This document shows positions 31,357 to 41,189 of a stretch of DNA of 64,000 bases, one piece after another. The notes beneath the pieces were generated by a model. That model searched no databases. It saw nothing but the letters and a program-made list of their open reading frames with translations, and was not told the DNA's origin. The stretch is taken from assembly GCA_965224085.1 (NCBI GenBank), contig CBDCYI010000005.1:1568001-1632000 (forward strand), given 5' to 3'. A program made the translations under genes and the position numbers. Numbering within the stretch: the stretch's first letter is position 1; every line of letters starts with the position of its first letter. The stretch comes from Candidatus Marinacidobacterales bacterium (GTDB taxonomy: Bacteria > Acidobacteriota > Vicinamibacteria > Marinacidobacterales > SMYC01).

Positions 31357-32804
31357 AGTAAGAACCACTTTTTCACAAAGTCGATCTCTCCCGCCGAGAA
31401 GAACCCGAACAAATAAAGTCCGGCGGGGAAGACGAGCGTGGCTCCGATCTTGATGGGAAGCGCGGCCTGCCAATCGTAGGGCGCGAGCGTCGAAAGCACG
31501 TAGGCCAGCGCCGCGGCGGCCGCGATCCTCGAAAGCCGCGACCACTCGAAAGGAATCGTATAGTGCTTGTTCCCAAAATAGAACCCGAGAGCTGCCATGA
31601 GGCTGTAACCGGCGACCGTCGCCCAAGCGGCGCCGTCGATCCCGAAGCGTGGGATCCACAGGATGTTCAGGATGACGTTCAAAGTGGCGGCCGAAATAGT
31701 TATCGCGGGGTAGTAGTTCGCTTTCTTGCTGATCCCGATACCGATCGAGCTGAGGGCAAAGACCCCTTGCAACATGTAGGCGAGAACGATGATGGGGATG
31801 ACGGTGTGCGCGCTGTGGTATTCGGGTTCGGCCATGAGGAACAAAAGCTCCCGGCCAAAGACTGCGTTCAGAAGGCCGAAGCCGAAGAGCGCGGCGAAGG
31901 CGTAGGTCGCGATCCGCGCGAGCGTTCGGGCGGCATCTGGTTTTCCGACTTGCGCATAGACGAACGGGCTCCACGCAAGCTCAAAGGCAGCGAGGAAGAA
32001 CTTCACGCCCGTCCCCATCATGTAGCCGATGTGGTAAAGGCCCGTGGCCGCGAGCGCCGCAAAGATCTCGATGAGCTTCCGGTCCGAGAGGTTCAACACT
32101 TGATGGGCGATCCCGTGTGGCACTTTGGGAAGACCGAAAGCGGCCGCTTCCTTCAGAAGCGGCACCGAGAAACGCATCGTGAGGTTTCGGACGAGCGTCG
32201 GCGTGAGGGCTGTGACGAGCAGAAGCGAAGCGATCAGATCCGCCCACAGTACTCCCGAAACACCCCACCCGTTAACGATGAGCACAAGCTTGAGTCCGAT
32301 ATTGACGCCGCTTCGCAAAAGCATCATGACCGTATAAGCTTTGGGCCGCTCGGTGATGCGAAAGAGGTTCATGGGGACGAAAGCAAAGGTGTTGAGGAGG
32401 GTGTCGGCCGCAACAAGGATGATCCAGCCCCCTACTTGCGAAGACTCGACAACGTCGCCGAGAAGGAACCGCCCGAGGACGCTCGAGCCCACCACTGAGA
32501 GCGCGAACCCAAAGGCGCTCACCGCGATCGCGGTCGCAAAGAGCGTCGTCGCGAGCATCTTGCGGTCGCGATCGGTCTTCTGCTCGTAATAGATGCGGAA
32601 AAAGCCAGCATCGAGGCCGGAGCGGAACAAGATCTTCGTGAGCACGCTAAAGATGAGCAAGATGCTGAGCGCGCCGTAATCCACCGGCGCTAGGTAGGTC
32701 GTGAAAACTGGAAGAAGAAAGAAGTTGATGAGATAGGGGATCACGTCCGCCACGCCGTAAATAGCGGAGTGCGTGGCGAGTTTTCCGAGCTCCGTCCGGA
32801 TCAT
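31353..32804 (-). CDS. Oligosaccharide flippase (Wzx/MOP family)
   Basis: Many TM helices, FFLLPVFTTYL.P.DYG, LSDRK. Confidence 0.85.
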   Translation of the reverse strand: MIRTELGKLATHSAIYGVADVIPYLINFFLLPVFTTYLAPVDYGALSILLIFSVLTKILFRSGLDAGFFRIYYEQKTDRDRKMLATTLFATAIAVSAFGFALSVVGSSVLGRFLLGDVVESSQVGGWIILVAADTLLNTFAFVPMNLFRITERPKAYTVMMLLRSGVNIGLKLVLIVNGWGVSGVLWADLIASLLLVTALTPTLVRNLTMRFSVPLLKEAAAFGLPKVPHGIAHQVLNLSDRKLIEIFAALAATGLYHIGYMMGTGVKFFLAAFELAWSPFVYAQVGKPDAARTLARIATYAFAALFGFGLLNAVFGRELLFLMAEPEYHSAHTVIPIIVLAYMLQGVFALSSIGIGISKKANYYPAITISAATLNVILNILWIPRFGIDGAAWATVAGYSLMAALGFYFGNKHYTIPFEWSRLSRIAAAAALAYVLSTLAPYDWQAALPIKIGATLVFPAGLYLFGFFSAGEIDFVKKWFLL

Positions 32805-32833
32805 GCGGCCGGAGTCATCATATATGGTTCGAC

Positions 32834-34062
32834 CTACTCGTAGTGGAGCGCAATCAAAGGATCAACCCGGGCCGCGCGTCGCGCAGGAACGATGCTCGCG
32901 ACGAGGGCCAAGGCGAGCGATACGATCGCAACCGCACCATAGGTAGCGGCATCGGTCGTCGTGATGTTGAAAAGCAGCGCCTCCAAGAATCGCGAAGCGG
33001 TGAAGGCGGTCACGAGGCCTATCGCGAGTCCGCTAAGCGTCAGGAACAAGCCTTCCCGCACGACGAGACCCAATATGTCCCGCGTCTCCGCCCCGAGCGC
33101 CACGCGAATGCCGATCTCGCGCTGTCGCTGGCTGACGCTGTAAGCCATGAGCCCGTACAGGCCGATGGCGGCCAGGAGGATCGCGGTCGCGGCGAAGATG
33201 CTGAGTAGAAACGTGTTGAAGCGCGGCTCGGCCACCGAGTCCGAGATGACTGCGGAGAGCGGCATCACTTTGTAAATAGGAAGCGCCGGGTCGATGGCGT
33301 GGATCTCTTGCTGAGCGAGTGCGGTCAGCGCTTCGGGCTCTGCGCGACTTTTGAGCACGAGCGTCATGAACGGAAAAGGCGCTTGCTGGAACGAGCCGTA
33401 GACCTCGGCGCGCGGTTCCTGGTCGAGGCCGTTGTGGAGTACGTCGCTCACGATCCCCACGACCTCGAACCAATCTTCGCCGTCTTGGGTGAAGCGTTTT
33501 CCGATGGGATCTTCCGAAGGCCAGAACCGCTCGACGGCCGTTGTACTGACGACAGCTACCATGGGCGCGTATAGTTGCGGTCGTTCAACGTCAGCGTGTC
33601 GCCGAGCGCTCCCGATGCGCGCTCCCTGTACTCATAAGACAAGATGACGGTCTCCGCGTCGCTAGGATCGTCGGTAAAACCCCGTCCCAGATGTGGAAGC
33701 ACGTCCATCACATCAAAGAAATTAGGCGTGACTTCGACGCCGGCGAGCCGTTCGGGTAGGTCACCGCCTCCACGCGTCAGCAGAACGGGTGCGAAGGCGG
33801 CGAGTCCGTCGAAAGAAGCGTTCTGATCTTGCCAATCGATCAAGTTCGCGCCGGCAACATTGAGCTCAGCCCTGTCGGGCTCCGTTTCCCACACGACGAC
33901 GAGACGTTCCGCATCTCCGTAAGGGAGCGGACGCAGCAATACACTTTCGATGACACTGAAGATCGCAGTCGATGCACCGATGCCAAGTACCAACGTAACG
34001 GTCGCAGTCGCGAAGAAGCCAGGTTCTTTCGACAACGAGCGAAAAGTTGATCGAAAAATCAT
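32834..34062 (-). pseudogene. ADOP-type duplicated ABC permease (MacB/FtsX), internally deleted
   Basis: N-terminal LGIGASTAIFSV joined out of frame near 33560 to C-terminal GLYGLMAYSVSQRQREIGIRVALGA...ALHYE. Confidence 0.85.
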
Positions 34063-34289
34063 GTCGCTTCACCTCAAAGCTCTAACGTAACGCGCTCCGA
34101 CTGGGTTCCCGGACGGCATTTGCCCCCAGCGCTCTGTACTGGTACGCTTCAAGTGCCACCCTCCTCTTCTTACCCCTGAGGAAGTCCAAAAAGGAGCCGG
34201 GGTCTAACCCCGGCGGTGGCCCTCCCGGGGGTTTTCGCATAACCTCATTGTTACAATGAATTTAGCCGCCATGTCTCCTTTGTGGGACA

Positions 34290-34808
34290 CTAAACCGCGG
34301 CCATTTCCCGCGAAAGTGTCTCCCGAACCCTCGTAAGGAGCGCTTTCGTGAGGCCTACGCCGTCTCGCTCGCTGGCCTCGTTGCCTTCGTACTCAATGCC
34401 GATATAGCCGCTATAGCCGGCGTCCAGCACGATCCGCACCATGCGCTCGTAATCCGTCCGAATCTCGTTGCCCGAAGCGTCGAAATCGTGGGATTTAGCG
34501 CTCACGGCTTTAGCGTAGGGCATGAGCTCCTCTACGCCTTCGCCGTCGGCGCGCGATTTCATCTCGCTCAGATAGGTGCGATCCCGGGCTTTGTCCATGA
34601 AGAACACGTTGACGCATTCGATCGCGTCGATGCCGAAGTCGCGCTTAGCGACCCGCGCGAAATCGAGATGCTCCATCTGACCACCTCGGAGCGCACGATG
34701 GAACGACCACTCCGCCAGTGAGATATGGAAGAGACGCGTCTGAGCTCTCGTGAGAGCGAGGGCTGGCCCGAGGGCCGGAACGAGGAAGAGGAACTCACGA
34801 CGATGCAT
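34290..34808 (-). pseudogene. Tat-exported sugar phosphate isomerase/epimerase (TIM barrel), internally deleted
   Basis: MHRREFL, ISLAEWSFHR, then ADGEGV joined directly to EELMPYAKAVSAKS...GIEYEG. Confidence 0.75.
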
Positions 34809-34920
34809 GGTCCGGAGATTGTATAATCCTTGCCTTGAGCACCGATAGCGAGACACTGGTGCTCGTCGGCGATCCCAAGCTCGAGCCCGGCGAGATCCGA
34901 AAACTCCGCGAGCTCACGCT

Positions 34921-35631
34921 ATGCAAGTCCTAGGTGTTATCCCCGCCCGTGGCGGCTCGAAATCGGTTCCGCGCAAGAACCTTCAGCTCGTGGAGAGCCG
35001 CCCGCTCATCGCTTATGTCATCGACGCGGCGAAAAACGCGTCGCGCCTCGACCGCTTCGTCGTCTCCACCGAAGACGAGGAGATTGCCGAGGTGGCGCGT
35101 GAGCTGGGGGCCGAAGTTCCCTTTCGCCGGCCGGACGAGCTTGCGACCGACGACGTGTCCATCGTCCCCGTCGTGCGCCACGCCATGGAGATGATGGATA
35201 GGGCGGGCTTTCGCGCTGACGCCGTCTTGTCGCTCCAAGCGACCGCGCCTTTTCTCGAAGCGGAGGACATTGACCGCGCCATCGAGAAGCTCGCCTCCAG
35301 TGGCGCCGACTGCGTCGTATCGGTCGAGCGTCTCGAGCACAGCCACCCTTATTGGGTGAAACGTCTCGAGGGGGATCGCGTCCATCCTTTCAACGACGCG
35401 AGCGACGACTCTTATCTCCAGCGCCAGGATCTGCCGCCGGCTTTTATTCTCGATGGCGGCATGTTCGTCCGCCGCCGTGAGCTTTTAGAGAGCTGGAGCG
35501 GGAAGGATTTCGGCCTCGGCGAAGATGTGCGAGCGGTGGAGCTCGGCGGGCTCAAATCGCTCCACATCGACGATGCGTTGGAGCTCGACATAGTGCGTTT
35601 CTTCATGAAAGAGAAAGCAGGTGGACGTTGA
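34921..35631 (+). CDS. Acylneuraminate cytidylyltransferase (NeuA/PseF family)
   Basis: IPARGGSKSVPRKN, VSTED, RPDELATD, RQDLP. Confidence 0.9.
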   Translation: MQVLGVIPARGGSKSVPRKNLQLVESRPLIAYVIDAAKNASRLDRFVVSTEDEEIAEVARELGAEVPFRRPDELATDDVSIVPVVRHAMEMMDRAGFRADAVLSLQATAPFLEAEDIDRAIEKLASSGADCVVSVERLEHSHPYWVKRLEGDRVHPFNDASDDSYLQRQDLPPAFILDGGMFVRRRELLESWSGKDFGLGEDVRAVELGGLKSLHIDDALELDIVRFFMKEKAGGR

Positions 35632-36650
35632 TTATAGGGAAGATAAGCGCGCGTCGCATTGGGGACGGTGCTCCGGCGTTTATTCTCGGTGAAGTCGCGT
35701 CCGCGCACCAAGGCGAGGCCGACCACGCGATAGCGCTCGCAAAAAGCGCCCAGGCGGCCGGCGCTGAAGCCGTGAAATTCCAACTCTTCCGCGCCGGAGC
35801 TCTCGTCGCACCGAACGATCCGAACCGTGCGACTTTCGATCAAATCGAACTCTCCATCGCCGAGTGGGAGCGGGTGCTGGGCGAAGCGAAGACGCTTGCG
35901 GTCCCGGTCTTCGCTGACATCTTCGACCGCACAAGTCTCGATCTCGGAGAAAAGATGGACGTCGCCGCTTACAAGATCCACTCGACCGACATGGAGAACC
36001 CCGCATTCATCCACGCCGTGGCGGCAACGGGAAAACCCATACTCCTGTCGACAGGAGGCTCGGGTCTTGGCGTCGTGGAGGCGTCGATCGACGTGGTGCG
36101 GTCCGAAGGCAACGAAAACCTGATGCTCCTCCACGGCGTCCAGAACTTCCCGACTAAAACCGCGGACTCCCAGCTCCGCTACATCGAGACGCTGAAACGC
36201 CTGTTCGGCCTTCCCGTAGGGTTCTTGGATCACGTCGACGGAGGCTCGGAGATGGCGGCGATGCTCCCGGCGCTCGCGGTTGCCTTTGGAGCCGATCTAG
36301 TGGAGAAGCACATGACGCTCGATAGCGCGGCCAAAGGCTTCGACTACCAATCGGCGCTCGAAGAAGACAGCTTTCGAAAAATGGTCGCGCTCATCCGTGA
36401 GGCCGAGACCGCCTTCGGAGAGCCCGGCCTCGTTGAAAGCGAAGGTGCGGCGCGCTATCACGGCATGATGCGGCGCGCGACTCTGAGCGCGGTCGCCCTG
36501 ACGCAAGGCGTGCCCATTGCCGACGAGCAGCTCGTATTTCTGCGGAACGACAAAGGCCTCTCGCCCGGCGCCGCCGAGCGCATCGTGGGCCGGAAGCCGC
36601 GCCGGGACATCGTGGCCTTCGAGCCGCTCACGGAGGACCTATTTGAGTAA
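35628..36650 (+). CDS. NeuB-family nonulosonic acid synthase, paralog 1
   Basis: EVASAHQG, AVKFQ, KIHS, LSTG, GFLDH, VEKHMTLD, C-terminal SAF domain. Confidence 0.85.
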   Translation: MIIGKISARRIGDGAPAFILGEVASAHQGEADHAIALAKSAQAAGAEAVKFQLFRAGALVAPNDPNRATFDQIELSIAEWERVLGEAKTLAVPVFADIFDRTSLDLGEKMDVAAYKIHSTDMENPAFIHAVAATGKPILLSTGGSGLGVVEASIDVVRSEGNENLMLLHGVQNFPTKTADSQLRYIETLKRLFGLPVGFLDHVDGGSEMAAMLPALAVAFGADLVEKHMTLDSAAKGFDYQSALEEDSFRKMVALIREAETAFGEPGLVESEGAARYHGMMRRATLSAVALTQGVPIADEQLVFLRNDKGLSPGAAERIVGRKPRRDIVAFEPLTEDLFE

Positions 36651-37437
36651 CAAGAGACAAAGCGCACTCTGGGAGGACGGTCGCGTGCTCATCGCCGTTT
36701 CCGCTCGCATGCGCTCCGAGCGCTGTCCGGGAAAGGCGATGGCGACTCTCGCAGGAAAGCCGCTTCTCATCCATCTTCTGGAGCGGCTAGCTTCGCTAAG
36801 CGGCAAGCGGGCGATCGTGGTCGCCACCTCGGTGTCGAGCGAGAACGACGTGCTCGTCGAAGCAGCCGAAACGCACGGCATCAGGACCTTCCGGGGCGTC
36901 GAGGACGATGTTCTCGGCCGTTTGCTCGCGCTTTGTGGAGAGCTGGGCGCCGAGCACCTCGTCCGTGTCACGGGTGACAACCCCTTGACCGACTTGCCGC
37001 TCATCGAAACACTTGTTGCGCTCCACTTGAAAGAGGACAGTGACTACACCTATGTCCCCGGCGGCGCGCTCCTCATGGGCATCCTGACGGAAGTGATTTC
37101 CCGCAGCGCGCTCGAGACGAGCCACCGCGACGGTGAGGATCGCCACCGCTCGGAGCTCGTCACGCTCTATATCAAGGAGAACCCGGAACGGTTCCGCATC
37201 GCGCGCGCCGAGCTCCCCGAAGAGCTCTATCGCCCGCACTATCGGCTCACCGTGGACGAGCCCGACGACCTCGTGCTCATGGGGCGTATCTTCGATAAAC
37301 TGTATCGTTCGGACTCTGTGCTCTCGACGGCCGACGCTATCCGTCTGCTGGACGAGGAGCCGGCGCTCGCCGCGATCAACGCGCACATCGCGCACGCCGC
37401 GCACAACATACGCTCGGTGAAGTTGGATGATAAATGA
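36643..37437 (+). CDS. SpsF-like cytidylyltransferase-fold protein
   Basis: ARMRSERCPGK, FRGVEDDVLGR, RVTGDNPL, RLTVDEPDD. Confidence 0.85.
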   Translation: MSNKRQSALWEDGRVLIAVSARMRSERCPGKAMATLAGKPLLIHLLERLASLSGKRAIVVATSVSSENDVLVEAAETHGIRTFRGVEDDVLGRLLALCGELGAEHLVRVTGDNPLTDLPLIETLVALHLKEDSDYTYVPGGALLMGILTEVISRSALETSHRDGEDRHRSELVTLYIKENPERFRIARAELPEELYRPHYRLTVDEPDDLVLMGRIFDKLYRSDSVLSTADAIRLLDEEPALAAINAHIAHAAHNIRSVKLDDK

Positions 37438-38489
37438 AGACACAAGAGATTAATTTTGGAGGCAGGCTCGTAGGAGAAGGCCACCCAGCATTCGTCATTG
37501 CCGAGGCCGGCGTCAATCACAATGGCGACCTCGAGCTCGGAAAGACGCTCATTCGAGAAGCGAAAGCCGCCGGCGCCGATGCCATCAAATTCCAGAGCTA
37601 CAAAGCCGGGAAGATATCGACCCGCACGGCTCCACGCTATTGGGTCGAAGCCGACGACCCGGACGGAAGCCAATATGACAGCTTCAAGAAGCTCGATCGA
37701 TTCGGTCCCGAGGAGCACGCGGAGCTTTTCCGTTATGCCAAAGAGCTCGACCTCCTGTGCTTCTCCGCGCCTTTCGACGAGGAAGCGGTGGACATGCTCG
37801 ACGAGCTCGGGACACCCGGATTCAAAATTGCATCGGCGGACCTGACCGACCATCCGCTCATTGAAAAAGCGGCCCAAAAAGGCAAGCCCATGTTCCTCTC
37901 GACCGGGCTCGCAACGATCCCGGAGATCGGAGAAGCGCTGGGCGTCGTGCGCGCGCAAGGCAACGATCAGATCGTTCTTCTTCACTGCACGCTCCAATAT
38001 CCGTGCGATGCCGAGAACGCCAATCTGAGGATGATGCTCCACATGAAGGCGGCGTTTCCGGATGTTCCGGTCGGGCTTTCCGATCACACCCTCGGCATTG
38101 CCGTGCCCCAAGCAGCGGTCGCGCTCGGCGCGGTTGCGGTGGAAAAACACTACACCGTCGACAAGACGCTCCCGGTAAGCGCCGACCACTATCTTTCGGT
38201 CGACCCTTACGAGCTGAAGCAGATGATGGAAGCGATCCGCACCATCGAGCAGGCAATGGGCCGCTACGAGAAAGGCCCGGTGGAGGCCGAGGCCGAAGCC
38301 TACCGCTTCGCCCGCCGTAGCATCATCTCCGCGACCGACATCCCAGAAGGCTCGACCATCACGCGCGAGATGCTGACCTTCAAACGCCCTGGCACCGGTA
38401 TCTATCCAAAATTCGTCGATCTCGTCGTCGGCCGTACGGCCAAGACCGACATCGCCGAAGACACCGTGCTCGAATGGAAGTTGATTTGA
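37434..38489 (+). CDS. NeuB-family nonulosonic acid synthase, paralog 2
   Basis: IAEAGVNHNGD, IKFQ, KIASAD, LSTG, HC..QYP, GLSDHT, EKHYT, KRPGTG. Confidence 0.92.
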   Translation: MKTQEINFGGRLVGEGHPAFVIAEAGVNHNGDLELGKTLIREAKAAGADAIKFQSYKAGKISTRTAPRYWVEADDPDGSQYDSFKKLDRFGPEEHAELFRYAKELDLLCFSAPFDEEAVDMLDELGTPGFKIASADLTDHPLIEKAAQKGKPMFLSTGLATIPEIGEALGVVRAQGNDQIVLLHCTLQYPCDAENANLRMMLHMKAAFPDVPVGLSDHTLGIAVPQAAVALGAVAVEKHYTVDKTLPVSADHYLSVDPYELKQMMEAIRTIEQAMGRYEKGPVEAEAEAYRFARRSIISATDIPEGSTITREMLTFKRPGTGIYPKFVDLVVGRTAKTDIAEDTVLEWKLI

Positions 38490-38505
38490 GCCGGCCATAC
38501 CTGCC

Positions 38506-40215
38506 ATGAAAAACGGCCTCCGCGTCATCGCTGTCGTCCCTGCGCGCGGGGGCGATCCCGAAGTGCCCTATCTCAACATCAAGCGGCTCGGGGCACTCCC
38601 CCTCATCGCACATACGTTGCGCGAGGCCGAGGAGAGCAAATATATCGACCGCCTCATCGTCTCGACCGACGACGACCATGTGGCAAGAGTCGCGCGCGAA
38701 TACGACGCCGAAGTCGTGAAACGGCCGAAGAAGCTGGCGAAAGACCTTTCCGAGATCCGGACGGTCATCCGGCATGCGGTTGAGACCGTCGAAGCGGAGA
38801 GCGACACTCGGTTCGACATCGTCGTGACGCTCCAGGCGACGTCCCCGTTTCGGCGCGCGGAGCAGATCGACAGCGCCATCGAAGAGCTCATCCGAAAGGG
38901 CTTCGATGCCGTCATCTCACTCAACGAGGTGCGGGCACTCACTTGGCATCGCCCACGGGGAAAGCTCGAGCCGTTATTCGAGCGCGCGGGACGCCGCGAC
39001 GAGCTCGAGCCGCTTTATCACGAAGACGGGGCCATCCGGGCTTTGCGGCGCGACGTACTCGACTCGGAGCCTAGGCTCGGCGAGAACGTCGGGCACATCC
39101 TCATGGACAAAATGTCCGCGCTCACCGTCCATGACATCTATGACTTCTGGCTCGCGGAGAAGCTCGTCCACCTGCCGCGGGTCCTATTCCGCGTCGACGG
39201 CGGCGGCGAGATGGGGATGGGTCACGTGCTCCGGAGCCTAGCGGTGGCGGAGGCTTTGACCAAAATCGCCCCGCACGCCGATGTCTGCTTTCTCATGCGC
39301 GCCGACCCGCCCGAAGGCATCCAGCATATCGCCCGGATCGGCTATTCCGTGCGTGTAGCACCCGGCGACGAGTTGACGACCCTCGTCGACGTCATCCGGG
39401 ACTACTCGCCCAACATTATCGTCAATGATCGCCCCTTTCTGGAGAAAGACTACTTGGTAGCACTCGCCGGGCTGGGCGCGTCGACAGTAAACCTCGTGGA
39501 CTCGCTCGATGATATCGAGAACCCTTCCGAGCTGGCCTCGATCATCATCGCGACGATGCAGGAGGGCGAGGTCGAGCTCGACGATTACCACGCAGGTCCG
39601 GCTTTCGCGATCTTGCGCGACTCGTTTCAAAAGAAAGTCAGCGAGGCGACGGTGACCCCGAAACAAGGCAAGCGTGTCGTCGTGAGCTTCGGTGGGAGCG
39701 ACCCGCAGAACTTGACGATGAAGGCGCTCGAGGCCCTCGCCGACATCCCCGCGCTCGAAGTCACGGTCGTGCTCGGCCCTGCCTACGGTTATCGCGAGCA
39801 GCTCGATAAGCTCGTGCCAAGGCTTTCGTACCGTCCGAACGTCTTGAAAAACGTCGAGCACATGGCGGATATCCTGGTGGAAGCCGACCTCGTGCTGTGC
39901 TCCGGCGGGATGACCGTCTTCGAGATCGCCGCGCTCGGCCGTCCCGGCATGGTCCTTTGTCAGAACCGGCGCGAGCGGGAGCGCATGGACGGGTTCTCTC
40001 GCTATAAAACGATCGAGCATCTCGGCCTCGGCACCGATGTCAGTGTGGAAGAGATCGGCAGGAAAGCCAGAGCACTTCTGAAGGATCGAGACGCGCGCCA
40101 ACAAATGAGCGAAGCGGGCGCCCGCCTCGTCGACGCACGAGGTGCGACGCGGGTCTACGAAGTGATGAAGAAGGCGGGCAGTAAGGGCCCGGCAAACGGA
40201 GGTCGTTGGTTGTGA
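38506..40215 (+). CDS. Fusion of a cytidylyltransferase domain and a PseG/SpsG-like GT-B domain
   Basis: N-terminal PARGG...NIK, VSTDD, LQATSPFR; C-terminal FRVDGG..MGMGHV.R, SFGGSDP, SGGMTVFE. Confidence 0.85.
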   Translation: MKNGLRVIAVVPARGGDPEVPYLNIKRLGALPLIAHTLREAEESKYIDRLIVSTDDDHVARVAREYDAEVVKRPKKLAKDLSEIRTVIRHAVETVEAESDTRFDIVVTLQATSPFRRAEQIDSAIEELIRKGFDAVISLNEVRALTWHRPRGKLEPLFERAGRRDELEPLYHEDGAIRALRRDVLDSEPRLGENVGHILMDKMSALTVHDIYDFWLAEKLVHLPRVLFRVDGGGEMGMGHVLRSLAVAEALTKIAPHADVCFLMRADPPEGIQHIARIGYSVRVAPGDELTTLVDVIRDYSPNIIVNDRPFLEKDYLVALAGLGASTVNLVDSLDDIENPSELASIIIATMQEGEVELDDYHAGPAFAILRDSFQKKVSEATVTPKQGKRVVVSFGGSDPQNLTMKALEALADIPALEVTVVLGPAYGYREQLDKLVPRLSYRPNVLKNVEHMADILVEADLVLCSGGMTVFEIAALGRPGMVLCQNRRERERMDGFSRYKTIEHLGLGTDVSVEEIGRKARALLKDRDARQQMSEAGARLVDARGATRVYEVMKKAGSKGPANGGRWL

Positions 40216-41174
40216 AACTCCTCATCACGGGAGGCGCGGGTTTCATCGGCTCCCACCTCTCTGAAGCTCTTCTCGAACGCGGCGACGAGGTCTACGTGCT
40301 CGACGATCTTTCGACCGGCAGCATCGAGAACATCGACTATTTCAAATACCACGAGCGCCTTCACTACACCATCGACACCGTCATGAACGAGCCCGTCACC
40401 GCGGAGCACGTTGACCGAGTCGACGTCGTTGTCCATTTGGCAGCTGCCGTTGGCGTGCGCCTCATCGTCGAAAGCCCAGTGCACACCATCGAGACCAACG
40501 TCCACGGCACGGAGACCTTGCTGAAGCTTGCGAACAAGAAGAAGAAAAAAGTGCTCCTCGCCTCGACCTCGGAAGTCTATGGCAAGAGCACCGACATCCC
40601 GTTTCGAGAGGACTCGGATCTCGTCATGGGCGCGACCAACAAAGGGCGCTGGAGCTACGCGTGCTCGAAGGCTATCGATGAGTTTCTCGGCCTTGCTTAC
40701 TACAAAGAGAGGAAGCTCCCGGTCGTCGTGGTGCGTCTTTTCAATACGGTCGGGCCGCGGCAGACGGGCCGCTACGGGATGGTTATCCCGAACTTCGTGC
40801 GCCAAGCGCTTGCGGGCCAGCCGATCACGGTCTTCGGCGACGGATCTCAGAGCCGCTGTTTCACGGATGTTTCGGACGTCGTGGGCGGCCTGCTCGGCCT
40901 CATCGACCATCCCGACGTCGCGGGCGAGGTCTTCAACATCGGGTCGCAGCAAGAAGTGAGCATCCTGGAGCTCGCCGAGAAGGTGAAAGCGATGACGAAG
41001 AGCAAGTCAGAGATCGTCCTCGTGCCATACGAAAAAGCTTATGAGGAGGGCTTCGAAGACATGCCGCGGCGTGTTCCCGATACGGGCAAGATCGCAAAGC
41101 TCGTCGGTTACAAGCCGACGGTGAGCCTCGAGCAGATTCTCGAGCGCGTGATCGCCTATCTGTCTAATTCCTAG
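40212..41174 (+). CDS. NAD-dependent nucleotide-sugar epimerase/dehydratase
   Basis: GGAGFIGS, STSEVYG, YACSK, RLFNTVGPRQ. Confidence 0.92.
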   Translation: MKLLITGGAGFIGSHLSEALLERGDEVYVLDDLSTGSIENIDYFKYHERLHYTIDTVMNEPVTAEHVDRVDVVVHLAAAVGVRLIVESPVHTIETNVHGTETLLKLANKKKKKVLLASTSEVYGKSTDIPFREDSDLVMGATNKGRWSYACSKAIDEFLGLAYYKERKLPVVVVRLFNTVGPRQTGRYGMVIPNFVRQALAGQPITVFGDGSQSRCFTDVSDVVGGLLGLIDHPDVAGEVFNIGSQQEVSILELAEKVKAMTKSKSEIVLVPYEKAYEEGFEDMPRRVPDTGKIAKLVGYKPTVSLEQILERVIAYLSNS

Positions 41175-41189
41175 AGCTCGTTTCTATTG

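Noticed and set aside
34085-34290. GC-rich stems (CCGGGG-TCTAA-CCCCGG) and palindrome CATTGTTACAATG as a possible tRNA or ncRNA
   Set aside because: No cloverleaf, T-loop or CCA; not enough support for any RNA family.
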